This document shows, in pieces, positions 13,800 to 27,307 of a stretch of 64,000 nt of DNA. Position 1 is the stretch's first letter. Each line of letters begins with the position of its first letter. The translations under genes and the position numbers were made by a program. A model generated the notes under the pieces. That model worked only from the letters and a program-made list of their open reading frames with translations, did not search any database and was not told the DNA's origin. Source of the DNA: Octopus sinensis (Eukaryota); contig NC_043002.1 in assembly GCF_006345805.1 (NCBI RefSeq), forward strand, positions 67,084,001 to 67,148,000. The letters are read 5' to 3'.

Positions 13800-13831
<32 letters not shown>

Positions 13832-14924
13832 ATAGTAGTGTGTTTTTAGATTGGCATAGACAAGTAACTGAATGGAAATTGATCGAATTTTAATTAAGTT
13901 TTGAGAAAATCATATTATATTCAATTAAATTATGTCCTTTGATTACTGGTTTTATTTCTATGACGGATTCGTAACCTTGAAATTCCAATATAGAAATATT
14001 TGGAACCTGGGTGAATCTATTGATTCTCAATTTACACTAACTTACAATGTATATCGTATGAATATTATAAACGATTTCATATCGTGTTTATATACTACAT
14101 CCCTATAACACGCAGTCTATCGGTTTCTGAGTATTACGTCCTTGCAGATTATTGATTCGGTTTTAGCTTTTGTTAATCATCCTAGTTTAGTTCAGTCTAG
14201 TATATCATTCCAGAACTTTAGATTTGGCTTTAGATCCCGGGAATGTGAGTGATTAGATTAAATGTGTTCTGTCTTACATAAATGGTTTCCAATATTAAAT
14301 ATATTTTGTATTATATGAATTATTGCTTACATTTAATGTACCAACATGTTACATATGTTAGGTAATTCTTTAGATTGAATGTGACCTAAGTTGCGCAATT
14401 CATGTGCAATCGAGTTGGATGAGCACAGCAAGGTTCTTATAGAAATTAAATACTTTACTGCACAAAACATTTGTAGCATCTTCATATCTCTTTCATAGAA
14501 ATATTTTGAAAAGTTCTAACCTGCCAAAGATCTAACGAGAAACTGAATTAAATTCCTAAAATAATGGAATGTAAAACTTTTAATCATAAGTTGAGTCAAA
14601 GTGTTAAGTGAAATTTATGTTTAAGTACTCTAGATATAAGATATGTATACATTGATTTACATCCGGAATAAAGTGTGAGTATTATTTGAAATGTAGATTC
14701 TACGCATATACAAAAATACTCAAGGATCCAAAAGCATGTTCCGCATGTGCCAACTAATAAGTGGAACAGTATGAAACGTTGTCGTTTGTAAGAGTCTTAC
14801 GGTTGGTTACTTTTCATAAGATTCAAATCCAGTGTTTATTTATTAGCACTAATTAACAACTATCGACCAAATGGTTCGGAAACCACAATAATAGTTTTTC
14901 GTTCTTTTCTTTTTTTCTTTTTTT

Positions 14925-15321
14925 TATTCTTTTATGTGTTTCAGTCATTTGACTGCGGCCATGCTGGAGCACCGCCTTTAGTCGAGCAAATCGACCCCAG
15001 GACTTATTCTTTGTAAGCCTAGTACTTATTCTATCGGTCTCTCTTGCCGAACCGCTAAGTTACGGGGACGTAAACACACTAGCATCGGTTGTCAAGCGAT
15101 GTTGGGGGAACAAACACAGACACACAAATATACACACACACACATATATATATATATATCGACGGGCTTCTTTCAATTTCCGTCTACCAAATCAACTCAC
15201 AAGGCTTTGGTCGGCCCGAGGCTATAGAAGACACTTGCCCAAGGTGCCACGCAGTGGGACTGAACCTGGAACCGTGTGGTTGGTAAGCAAGCTACTTACC
15301 ACACAACCACTCCTGCGCCTA
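14925..15321 (-). mobile_element. SINE family B, full length
   Basis: Near-identical to 9012-9422. Confidence 0.9.
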
Positions 15322-15339
15322 AATTTTACATAAAAAATT

Positions 15340-15545
15340 TTTCGACTATGGACACAAGGCCTGAAATTTTGAGGGTAGGAGAAATTGATTACATCGACTC
15401 CAGTGCCCAACTGGTACTTATTTTATCGACTCTGAGAGGATGAAAAACAACGTAAACATCGGATAAATTTGAATCCAGACGTAAACCAGGGAGAAACGCC
15501 ACTAAGTATTTGGTCCAGCTCGCTAACGATTCTGTCGGATCGCCT
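15340..15545 (-). mobile_element. SINE family A, diverged
   Basis: Reverse-complement family A body and head. Confidence 0.7.
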
Positions 15546-16237
15546 TTAAATTTCGCATTTTAAAAGCATTCAATGATAAAGTACAAATTTAACACTCATA
15601 TATTAAGAAACCAGCACACAAAGCTCTCCATAGTTGTTTTTCTCGTTGCTTAAAACCTAGAATAAGATCCATATTTCATCATTTTGATATGTTATTAACA
15701 AAGATTTGGTCATCGTTTACATTTAATTCGAAAAATTAATTCGATTTACTTAAGTTAATCAATTAAAGCTAAAGTTCTACAGACATGGTGCAACAAGTTA
15801 TTAATAAGATTCCCTTTGATTCCCATTCTCAACTCAATAATGATTAAACCTATTTTTCTTCCCTTTGGGGATGTTGTCTTCATGCCTCCGGGACTCCTGA
15901 TTGCTTAAATTTGATTAAGACTATCGACTTTTTTTTTATGATTAGCTGCTTGGCTGGTTTAACTTGTTAGATTTAGGTTTGGTTGCTTCTCTATCAATTG
16001 GGTTACTGTGATTGGGAGTAGTAGCTGCATAATTATATTTTGGGTAGCTGGTTAATTAGTCAATACACTTATAGATTCGTTAATTAAACTAATTGATATG
16101 TGAATGGTTGTTGCGTATAGATTTTGAGTTACTGCTACAGTTATAGATCTGCGTTGGTTTGTTGGTCCGATATATTGTTGTTATCGTATAATATCTTACA
16201 TTGCTTTAATGCCAGACTAGAAATGGAGGATTTTACA

Positions 16238-16650
16238 GTGAGCTGGCAGAAACGTTAGCACGCCGGGCGAAATGCGTAGCCGTATTTCGTCTGTCGTTAC
16301 GTTCTGAGTTCAAATTCCGCCGAGGTCGACTTTGCCTTTCATCTTTTCGGGGTCGATTAAGTAAGTACCAGTTACGCACTGGGGTCGATATAATCGACTT
16401 AATGCGTTTGTCTGTCCTTGTTTGTCCTCTCTGTGTTTAGCCCCTTGTGGGTAGTAAAGAAATAGGTATTTCGTCTGCCGTTACGTTCTGAGTTCAAATT
16501 CCGCCGAGGTCGACTTTGCCTTTCATCCTTTCGGGGTCGATTAAATAAGTACCAGTTACGCGCTGGGGTCGATATAATCGACCTAATCCGTTTTTCTGTC
16601 CTTGTTTGTCCCCTCTGTGCGTAGCCCCTTATGGGCAGTAAAGAAATAAG
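16238..16650 (+). mobile_element. SINE family A dimer with 15-bp target-site duplication
   Basis: Head plus two body-tail units (junction AAATAG|GTATTTCG at 16465/6); flanks GAAATGGAGGATTTT (16220-34) and GAAATAGAGGATTTT (16650-64). Confidence 0.9.
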
Positions 16651-18413
16651 AAATAGAGGATTTTGCTTTATCAGTGTTACCAGATTCTTAGATCAAATTC
16701 TATTAAGTTGAGCAGTGAAACTCTTCTTCTTGGTTTAAAGAATGGTGGTTAAATGCCATAAGCAGATCAATGTGTTACATCTAATATACATAACCGATTT
16801 TCATATTCTATAACAAGATTAGGAAATTATATATTTCTAAGTAAACATATTTAGTTCTAGGGAAATGGGAAATCATAGTCTCTATCTTTAATTTTTATCG
16901 GTCACTTAATATCAGGTCAGAACAACAGTATGTATTTAGACATATTTAGATTATAAGACTTGAACTCCCGATTACCCAGATGTTATCAAAAGGAGTTCAT
17001 ATGAAATTGGGGATGTTAGCACTAAAATTCTTTCCTAGCGAAGGTAACCGAGTTTATATACGACACCTTTACTTGGGATCTAATTTTAGGAAAACTTACC
17101 TAAATTTAATTTTACTAAACCATTTATTTCGAGTAACTAACTCTGGAATGACTGCTGTTTCAATCCTATTATAATTCTTTGAGAATTTATTATCTACCTT
17201 AAATAACTTTCTATTATCCGTGTTTATTTTTCTAGAAAACTGAACAAGATTAAGTAGCTATTTGAATCCATCCAACCATCCATTTGCACACGTACGTACA
17301 TACATATATATATATATATTTATAATTCACATATGTATATGTATGCTTGTATGTATGTATACTTTTGTAGTTACGAACGTAAGTATGTATGTACGTATGT
17401 AAATAACAGCCGAATCGTTAAGGCATCGGATAGTATGATTTGTGGAGTTCGTTCCGATTCTCAGCGCCCTAATTTTAAGTTCCACTGGGTCAACCTTGCT
17501 TAATTTTTTCCTTTTATTCTTTGGAGAGAAATAAATATAGTAGCTGTCCTGCACGGAGATCGATTCTTTCCTTTATCTCTCTCTTTTTGGAAAAAAATCG
17601 TGGGCTCCACCAAATCTAAGAATGCTCAAAGTCACGACGGCGTCTCTACGCCTCCATCAGGCGTGCCCAACTTAAAATGTGATTTATGTATGTATATATG
17701 CCAATATACGTATATGTGTGTATGTGCGGGGGTGGGTGGGGGTGCACGCGTGAGCGTGTAGAATGGAATTTTGTTATGTCGGGTGAGATCGTCAATTGTG
17801 GGTTCATGTTAGGTCAGTTTGGGAAAAACAGGGTAGTTGTGTGTGTGTGTGTGTGTGTGTCGGTAATTGGAAAAAGGTTTGGTGGTGTAAATGCGGGAGC
17901 GTTTCTGTACTATCACAAACCTACACTTACATTGAATGACAGTAAGAAAGGACGTATTTACTTCAGTTTTGTGGGTTATTATGTGAAGTCAAGTTCATTG
18001 GTGTACGTTTATACATTTTTATCGATATGTTGTTTACGTGCTCGTGCGAGCGTGTATTGTAAAAAACAAAAAAAATTGTTTATGTGTGAGTGTGTGTGTG
18101 TGTGTGCGCGCGTCTCTCTCTCTCTCTCTCTCTCTGTGTTTCAATGTATGTGTTTGACTTAAAAGGAGAAGTAGACATGACAGTTAATGTGAGGTTGCGT
18201 GAGTTAAAGTAAGTGCACCAACGATAGTGGTTTACGAAATATATAGTTCATTATAGTAAAACCTGTCAATCATCAATGTGACACTTCCTTCTGAGCTGTC
18301 GTCGTTCATATTTTCCTCTCCTTCCCCTTTCTTCTACTTACAACCCCGCCTTTTTTTCATCCACTCTAATGTCTTGCCTTCTAACACACCATAATAATAA
18401 GACTGTCAGAAGT

Positions 18414-18512
18414 ATGTCCCTCTTCTTAAGAGAAGACGAAACTCTTTATACTTTTCCCACGCCGTGTGTGTCTGCACGTCACCAGAACTTGTGGAAATGT
18501 TTACACAACGAA
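18414..18512 (+). CDS. Candidate coding exon (MSLFLREDETLYTFPTPCVSARHQNLWKCLHNE)
   Basis: ATG-started 33-codon open frame ending exactly at a consensus donor GAA|GTAAGT in non-repetitive DNA; no homology recognised. Confidence 0.25.
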
Positions 18513-18679
18513 GTAAGTTGTTGACTCTCGAACAACAACCATACTAGATTCTGCGATGAGAAACGACATATTATATCGAACATACTTGATTGATAAATAT
18601 TCGCCTGTATGCTTACTCTCTCTGTCCTAATCGTGGACACAGATGCAATATCAGCGAGTTCTACCATATGTAAACGTTA

Positions 18680-18890
18680 TTGAACTGGCAGAATCCTTAC
18701 CGCACCGGACACAATGCTTAGCGGCATTTCTTCCGTCTCTTTGCGTTCCGAGTTCAAATGCTGCCAAGGTCTACTTTACCTTTTATCCTTCGGGGTCGAT
18801 AAAATAAAGTACCAGTCAAGTATTGGGGGGTTCATGTAATCAACTACAGTCTTAGCAATTGCTGGCCTTGTGCCAAAATATAAATCAATT
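18680..18890 (+). mobile_element. SINE family A
   Basis: CTGGCAGAATCCTTAC head, GAGTTCAAAT B-box, shared body. Confidence 0.75.
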
Positions 18891-19503
18891 GTTCGTAGTA
18901 AATTCTCTGAACGAATATGTTTATGTTTCCTTTCTTCACGTCACTCGAATATACTTTGTGTTTCTTCTGCTTTTCTGTTACCATTTTCGCTTTTCACTCT
19001 AGCCTAGTCAAACAACAACTGGTGCCCACGAATTCTCGTAATAACATTTTCGATGGTAGTTAACAATCATGTTTTATCTCCTACGCGAACAAAAAAAAAA
19101 ACAAAATGAAAATCCTATAAATGACGAACTATATAATGTATCAATAGACCAGAATAAATGTAGAAAAAGCATGGATGCAATGATTACAAGTTGCATCAAA
19201 GTATTTATTGGCTTATTACCATTTTGTAGATCTGTTCAAACAAGCTCAACATGACTATCCAGTAATATCTTCATAGGTTATTACTATCTTTAGAATGAAA
19301 AGCATAAAAACACAGCTTTCACATATAATTTATAATCTAATTGTCCTCTACAGCTGTTTCAAAGAGTAACAACACCACTACATCAGAGTTTAAAGATGTG
19401 CTAATAAGTGAGCCTTTAAATACGGTGGATATATTTCGTGATGCTTATACATCAACACATTGGTAGATTATGATGATCTTTTGGCTTGAATGTCCTTCCA
19501 ATT

Positions 19504-19667
19504 CAGTGGCGTGGCTAGAATGTATGCTGCCCAGGAAAACGCTTGAGTTTGCCCCTCACAGGGTCCTCCAAGCCAATACAAGCTGATACGGCACATCCAA
19601 AAGTGCTGCTCCCATAAAAGCTTTGCACAGAGCGGGCTATACTTTGCCCTCACCAGTTACGCTATTG
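19504..19667. mobile_element. hAT-type MITE (164 bp)
   Basis: TIRs CAGTGGCGTGGCTAG / CAATAGCGTAACTGG (10/15, all mismatches are transitions); 8-bp TSD TTCCAATT / TTCCAATA. Confidence 0.65.
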
Positions 19668-20285
19668 TTCCAATAGAAAATATACTGTGTATTTCTAGAT
19701 TATTCTAATCTTTCTTATTTTCAAACAGTCTTATTGCAGTTCGGAGACTGACAATGTCACCATAATATTTTGCCTCATAAAAAAATAAAAAGTGGCCATA
19801 ACTTAATATCCTAGTTTGCTGTTACGATGTTAAATGGATGAAATGTAGGAATGTATTGAATCACATAGATATAAATATTTAATGCAATGAAACATCTTTA
19901 GCGATGTTCAGCGATCACAAAGAAAACCACTAACATCACCACTATATTTAATACCATCAGCTGCTGGCGTCTTGCAATGATCTCAAAATCATTAATTTAC
20001 TGATCTCATGGCTTATCTATTCGCTCATTCTTCCTCTGAAGTAAGAGAGTGTGTATACATGTGTGGCTTAATCAAAAGAGGAAGGAAGGCATCTATGACC
20101 TTTTGCAGTACATCATAAACTGGAAGGTGGGGGGGGGACTAAACTATGGCACATCGGTTATTGTAGTAGGAAGTAGTTTATCAAAAAGTCAGACTGGAAA
20201 CCTTGTTCGGATGCTTGGACGTCGACGAAGCCAATCACGAGCTAAAGTAGCGTTTTAAAATAAGAGACGGTTTAGTAAGTATCAA

Positions 20286-20705
20286 GGCGTGGTTGTGTGG
20301 TAAGAAGGTCGCTTCCCAACCACATGGTTTCTGGGTTCAGTCCCACTGCATGGCACTTTGGACAAGTGTCTTCTACTATAGCCTCGTCCGACCAAAGCCT
20401 TGTGAGTGGATTTGGTAGATGGAAACTGAAAAAAGCCAGTCGTATACACACACACACACACATATATATATATACAAGGTGGCCCAAAAGTAAGTTTACA
20501 GTTATCATGTAGGCACTTAAAACTTATTTTAAAAAACATTTTATTTCTATCTCACAAACTGATAAGGGCGGTTGACAAAATTAACTAAATTCGCTTAGAA
20601 AAATGGTTTCATATTTTAATATAATTAAGATCTAAATTATTAATATATGAATGCGAGAGAGATAGTTGAATAACTGTAGACCTACTTTTGGGCCATCCTG
20701 TTTAT

Positions 20706-20757
<52 letters not shown>

Positions 20758-20957
20758 TTGTGTGTCTATTTTTGTACCCCTCCGTCGCTTGGCAACCGAT
20801 GTTGGTGTGTTTACGTCCCAGTAACTTAGCGGTTCGGCAAACCAGACCAATAGAATAAGTACTAGGCTTACAAAGAATAAGTCCTGGGGTTGATTTGTTC
20901 GACTGAAGGCGGTGCTCCAGCAGTCAAATGACTGAAACGAATAAAAGAATAAAAGAA
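20286..20957 (+). mobile_element. SINE family B interrupted by a mariner-type MITE
   Basis: 5' half 20286-20474 and 3' half about 20701-20957 flank the MITE. Confidence 0.85.
20475..20700. mobile_element. Tc1/mariner-type MITE
   Basis: TIRs CAAGGTGGCCCAAAAGTAAGTTTACAG / CAGGATGGCCCAAAAGTAGGTCTACAG, inserted in a TA-rich microsatellite. Confidence 0.75.
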
Positions 20958-21200
20958 CATGCTAAAATTTATAAAAGCATATTTCTAGTTCAGTGTATGA
21001 GAGAGGTTTCTTTAATCTGAGACGATTTGAACCTAGAAGGTACAGAAACAAAATTAAATGAAACAAAAACGTCTACAACATTCATTTTGCTTGTTTGACT
21101 AGAATTTTGTTGATTTGTTAGGTCATTACTCAAAAGAACCGTCTTCGTTTAATGAGTGTGTCAAGTGAAAGTCGACTTCACTGACCTTATTTCTCTACAG

Positions 21201-21286
21201 GCTACTGACTTCGGCCGGAAAAGACAAATAGAGGAAGGAGAAAGTATAATGACACGGGAATATAATCTGAATTACAGACTCGCTAT
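21201..21286 (+). CDS. Candidate internal exon (ATDFGRKRQIEEGESIMTREYNLNYRLA)
   Basis: CTGAC branch motif plus CTTATTTCTCTACAG acceptor; purine-rich open frame; donor AT|GTTAAG is weak and the end is uncertain. Confidence 0.3.
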
Positions 21287-21865
21287 GTTAAGCTAAAAGA
21301 AAAAAAAAACTTACAATTACTCTATTAAGTATCTTCCAGAAGCATAACATTGCTTCATGTTTAGTCCAATCCACTGTGTTTCTCCCAAACTCGACAACGA
21401 TCTCGTAAATTTAATAGAGAAAAGACACGCGAGTCAGTGGAGCTGATACGGAAATGATATTCTAAATAAAAGCTAATATGTCAGGTGACAGAAACCTGTG
21501 GGTATAGATTTCAAATAATAGCCCCATTAAGTCCTTACTGCCCACGATCATGATACAGGCACAAAATGAAATGTCCAAAAAGAAACAGAGCTCTCCCCTA
21601 TTTGAAAACAAACTGTTTCTAGATTTCTGTAACACAATATCCATCCATCCATGAATGTATGTATGTGTATACATACAAACATATGTATAAAGGTATCATG
21701 CATGTATGTATGTATGTATGTATTACACATGTATATGCAAATATAAAAATATAATACAATATTATTCTACCATTTTCGAAAAAAATTTGAGTAAACAAAC
21801 AGTTATGCACACTTATTTATATACATCAACACAAACACATATGTATAGATATATAAACACACGCT

Positions 21866-21906
<41 letters not shown>

Positions 21907-21917
21907 GAATGTATGTA

Positions 21918-22381
21918 TACTTGCAGAGATACCCGGCTTTGCCCGTGTCACATGGAATTGAAGAATTAGATTTTTCTTTTATATTTTCTCTAACGAACTA
22001 GAATACCTATGATTCGAATTTCGTCAAAATTGGAGATTAAGACTTTTAATAGGGGCTCTTTCCCTCTTTACACCCTAACAAAAACTGTAATCATGACATT
22101 TATCCCATACTACTCATCTTTATGCACAGATTCCAAAATCCAAATCTTATAAAACCTGAATCACCCAAAGAAATGGAAATGTTGGGTAATTTTTAATTTA
22201 TTTCTAATACCTATGGTTCAAATTCCATCAAAATCAAAAGCATATGAATTTTCACGGTGGATTCTGCCCCCACTTTAAACCCCTCAAAACTACGAAACAT
22301 ACGGCATTATCCTTCTCCCTGGGCTTGGATTTTGTGTTCCAAATTTGAAGATCGAGCTTGAAGAACTTCTCTAATACAAGA
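21918..22381 (-). mobile_element. Non-autonomous Helitron-like element
   Basis: Minus-strand 3' hairpin ACGGGCAAAGCCGGGT followed by a degenerate CTAG (CAAG) and TA; internal diverged repeats near 22000 and 22205; 5' end uncertain. Confidence 0.45.
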
Positions 22382-23400
22382 CATAAATAAAACCGGGTGA
22401 GTCAAATGGCATTGTTTAGTTTCCCTTGGACAGAACCATTCTTTGTAGTAATGGCTCAAAGTCTAAACAGAATAAGGTCGTCAGAATCCACAAAGTTAAA
22501 AACAGATTTTCGCGTCTTCAACTAAAAGATTTCATTAATCTCTCATGGAAGCTTTTGGCGGCTGGAGAGTTGCCAAATAAATTGCAAAAAAATAATAGGA
22601 TTCATGCGCTAACAAATATCTCATTTTATGGGACGAATTCCAAGACATAAAAGAAATTAGCATGATTCTTTGGACAAAGCAAATAATCATAAGATATTTA
22701 GGTGTAACAGAGAAATAGAAATTAAATAGGATAAATACGACAGGCGGTGGAACAAGAAAAGGACATCAATATTAACCATAAAGAAATGAACTTGTAAGAA
22801 CAGGGGTGGAGAAAATGCGAAAGAGTACACAGTAAAACAATAACGGAGAGATCTGGGGTTCTAATTCTGTGGTGTTAAAGGAATGAATATTTGGCGGTTC
22901 TCGGATATATTTCGAAGGTTTGTACTCACACACACATATATGTATGGATGATTTGCGTATGTATATATACTCAAATATTTTTATGTGTATTTTATATACA
23001 TACATACACCCCTCCATCTATCTATCTACCTACCTACCTATTTCTCTATCAATAAGAGATTAAAAATCTATAGGCATGTGTATGTAAACTGATACCCCAA
23101 AGCCAAAAATATATGTATTTGTGCGTTCTAAACATGTCTTTTAATGGTTGAACCAAAACATTGCACTCAGAGATTAGAGATTTCAAATATATTATTAGAT
23201 CCTTTTTAAACGCCATGTTTGATATTCCAAAATAACGTCTTGAAGTAGATCCCTAACTGATATGCCAATATATACGCATGCATGCATGTATGTGAGTGTT
23301 TGCATGTGTTTGTATCTTTGTATCGCCATCATTAATATTTCTGTATATCAGAGATTAATGCATGCATTTAACCAAGATTTAAGTCAGAACCGTTCAAATA

Positions 23401-23432
<32 letters not shown>

Positions 23433-23647
23433 ATTCAGTTGTTCTATGTATTAATGTTTCTATGCACAGGTATATAAAACGCAGTTAAACATTAAAGTGA
23501 AGGGTTACTTAATACTTTTTCAATAAAGAACCGTATTTAGTCATACAAGGAAAAGCTTAAAAGTGGTTTCGAATTTTCGACTTCCTTGCTATTATTAGAA
23601 TCTGTACAAAATATATGCGTGTATATCTATTTCTAAGAATAGTATTG

Positions 23648-23692
23648 ACAGTGACTTTCAATTTTCGGCCAGCTAAGCCATCATCGGATTGT
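23648..23692 (-). ncRNA. Degenerate minimal hammerhead-like motif (CCGAUGA core)
   Basis: ACAAT-CCGATGA-T-GGC-TTAGCTG-GCC-GAA-AATT-GA-AAGT-C-ACTGT; two substitutions from a fully paired fold. Upstream on the same strand, DPKLTHLNIHNCLLSSICMNKF* weakly resembles a Penelope ORF C-terminus. Confidence 0.45.
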
Positions 23693-24529
23693 GCATTAAA
23701 TTAATCTTGGCTTTATTCAGTGTCTGTTGACAGAAATTTTTTTTTAAGATTGGCGAGGGTCTGTTGAATGGTAAATAGGCTTTAAGATGGATTATGTTGA
23801 AGAGATGTTGTGAAGAAATCTTTATTGATTTAATTTGGGGTTATGTTATTGTTCAGAATTTATTCATGCATATAGAACTTAGTAAACAATTGTGTATATT
23901 TAGGTGTGTCAGCTTAGGGTCATAGAATTGCCTTTTTTTTAAATAGTTCACAAAAAGGAAGTGGGTTGATACCTACCTACTTCGTTCGTTGAAAAATATC
24001 TGTATGCAAGGGGTAAGGATGCATATTTATAACGAAAATATCATAGGCAGAATACGTGAGTTTAATATATTTGAGAGAGTGTGATAAAAACTCATGGGTA
24101 ACACTACAAAAGCAATCGTTATCACTTTATGTGAGAGTTTGTGTATATTTATGTGTGCGCGTATGTGTGTAGGGAAGACTGCGTGTGTAACATAATCTCA
24201 CTGGGAATATATGTTTGAGATAATGCGTACATTTCTATACGAGTGCGCATGCGCTTGTACGTGTATTGTTTTGTTTGCTATTTTGAATATATGGATTGTC
24301 CCAACTTAAAACATGTGCTTGGAATAATAATATAAGCATTAGAAGTTTATAGCTTTTAGCAGTGTTACCGTATGTATGTGCCTGTAAATATGTGCATACG
24401 TGTGAGTACCTGTACGTGCATGCACATGTGTATATGTTCTTGTGTGTGTCAATAGTTAGCATAACCACTTGATTAGTGCATACCGTAAGACGGTATGTGT
24501 GATTATGCATGTTTGTATATGTATATATA

Positions 24530-24689
24530 GGTGCAGGGGTGGTTATGTGGTAAGTAGCTTGCTTACCAACCACATGGTCCCGGGTTCACTCCCACTCCGT
24601 GGCACCTTGGTCAAGTGTCTTGTACTTTAGCGTCGGACCGACCAAAGCCTTTAGAGTGGATTTGGTAGGCGGAAATTGAGACGCCCGCC

Positions 24690-24729
<40 letters not shown>

Positions 24730-24950
24730 TATATATATATTTGTGTCTCTGTGTTTGTCCCTCGCCATCGCTTGACAACCGATGTTAGTGTCTTTACGTC
24801 CTCGTAACTTAGCGGGTTGGCAAAAGCAACCGACAGAATAAGTACTAGGCTTACAAAGAATAAGTCCTGGGGTCGATTTGTTCGGCTAAAAGTGGTGCAC
24901 CAGCATGGCCGCAGTCAGATGACTGAAACAAATAAAGGAATAAAAAAAGA
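24530..24950 (+). mobile_element. SINE family B, full length
   Basis: Head to tail match with a (TA)n centre. Confidence 0.85.
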
Positions 24951-25100
24951 ATGTATATATATATAGCATTATAATATAATGCTGGCCTGCCTCGTCCGAT
25001 CACTTTGTTGTCAATAAGATATTTGCCAATAATACATTGGGGTTTATTTCCTGTTAGCACAACAAATTCTACAGTTCCATATGTGAGAGATGAGGAATTA

Positions 25101-25388
25101 TGTACATTATTTATATTATTTACATTTGACGGGCATATGGCGAAGCGGTTAAGAGCCCGGGCTACTAACTCAAAGATTCCGAATTCAATTCCAGGTAGTG
25201 ACCTGAATAATAATAATATTAATAATAATAATAATAATAACATCGGGAAAATACCTTAGGAATGAGAACCCAGGTTCGAAATTCCCTCAGGACACCTGAT
25301 GAAGGCTGGAGAGTACATCAGCCGAAACGTGTGTTAACAACAAACAAGAGGAGGACGAATATCCGTCAAATGTAAATAATGTAAATAA
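25101..25388 (+). mobile_element. Solo Penelope-type terminal repeat / SINE-like unit: tRNA-like head, (AAT)n, hammerhead, tail, plus an inverted tail copy at the 5' end
   Basis: A-box TGGCGAAGCGG, degenerate B-box GAATTCAATTCC; hammerhead at 25291-25335; 25101-25132 is the reverse complement of the tail at 25363-25388; homologous to 50842-51062. Confidence 0.8.
25291..25335 (+). ncRNA. Minimal type-I hammerhead ribozyme (cleavage nucleotide deleted in this copy)
   Basis: GACAC-CTGATGA-A-GGCTG-GAGAGTACAT-CAGCC-GAA-ACGT-[H17 missing]-GTGTT; stem I GACAC/GTGTT. Confidence 0.6.
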
Positions 25389-25777
25389 GAAAAATTCTGT
25401 CTGCTCCCAATTACGTACACATTCACAAATACACACACACATGCACTACACGCACGCACGCACACACACACACCACACACACACACACCACACACACACA
25501 CGCACACACGCACACACACGTATACATACATGTCTGCATGTATATGCAAGTGTCTATATGAGTATAGGTGCGGATGGGTGAATACGTACCATCTGAATGA
25601 TCACGCTGCCGGCGCCCGTGTATATATAAAAAATATTCTTATACATACACACATTTATACATACATACATACATACATATGTAAAGATAGATAGATAGAT
25701 GAATATAGACAAAACTAGAGAATGAGTGGCAGAGAGAGAGAGACAGACAGAGACAAAGAGAGAGAGAGAAACAGAGG

Positions 25778-25808
<31 letters not shown>

Positions 25809-27307
25809 AGACACACACAGAGAAAGAGAGACATAGAGAGAGAGAGAGAGGAATATATGCAGCTGTTAAGTGCATGTTCGTGTAACCATTGATGGTTTGT
25901 TAAATGGCGGAGGAGAGATAATAAGCATGTAAATTGACGGATAATTAAGTAATTAGGGAAATAAGACTGTGACAAGCAAAATATATGCTGAGAGAGAGAG
26001 AGAGAATTAAAGTTAAATGCTGATAAAAGACAGTTAAATATATGTACGCGTGATAAGGTATATACATACGTTATACATACACACACTATATATGTATGTG
26101 TATATACATACGTATATATTTTACGTATATACATATTTGTATGTATGCATGTTTATGAATGTATATGCATATGTATGTATATATGTATGTATGTATGTAT
26201 GTGTGTGTATGCATATGTGTATATATATATCTATATATAAATATATATATGTAAGTGTGTGTGTGTATGTGTATGTACGTATGTATGGTGCTATTTACGT
26301 TAGCACACAACCAATATTTAGAACTTCATGTACATCCTTATTTATCGAAAGATAAAAACTACAATGACAACTCACGTATTACAATCCTAGTTTTCTTTCA
26401 CTGGTCGCCACTGTTAGAAAGATCACACAATGCTTACAGACAAAACAAAACTAGAGAGACGGTTCATAAATTATATGTCAACTTCCATGTATTTCAGTGG
26501 AGATAAAGTGCAGTATTGGTTTGAATCTCCGAGGAGGCGAAAATCTTGAAAATATACTTTGCCTGGATTGCACATTTCGTTCAGTAGTAAGTCCTTGATA
26601 ATATTGTTATCATTTCACTTTACCAAACTCCCATACCCCTATGATAGACACATGCATAGCCATCTTCCATAAACATAAATAGTGCAACAGGTTTAGGAGG
26701 TTCCAACTAACTTGTAACTAAATACCCTATCTTGCATACATCATGCAGGGATTTGACTCCACAAAACTATCTGAAGCGTGACGCCCTCCAAGGAAGCTTG
26801 TTAGTCTACTGTAAATTCATTCACACTTCTGGGAATGTCTACTACAAATGTGGGAAATTCTGTCTGTGGGTGTGTATGTGAGGTTGTTAGCTAACTCCTA
26901 CATCGGTTTATCGATTTTGATGAAACTTGACACGTGAGTAGAACTCATGTCAGGAAACCCCATGGCATATTCAGATTGTTGAAAAAAAATCGATAATAGG
27001 GCCCCTGGAAGAGATCTTATATATATATCTAATATATTTTATTTTAAAGACCAAGGGAAATTACACATTCGCCCCTGGAAGGGATCCTTATATTTGGTAA
27101 AAATCAAATTAAGTATGCTTATTTCTTAGTATTTGAACTGTTAGAATTATTTTCGCAATCTATCCAGTACAACCCTTAAACAAGTAAATAGTATTTTCCT
27201 AAACAATAGATCCACTTATTTCGGTCAGTGATTTATTCACTAACATACAAACAAAAAATGATGACTATGGCGATGAAGATAATGTATTTATTGCAAACGT
27301 ATATATA

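Noticed and set aside
19344-19390. Hammerhead-like CTGATGT...GAAACAGCTGTA (minus strand)
   Set aside because: A9 is substituted and stems I and II do not close properly; at best a heavily decayed copy.
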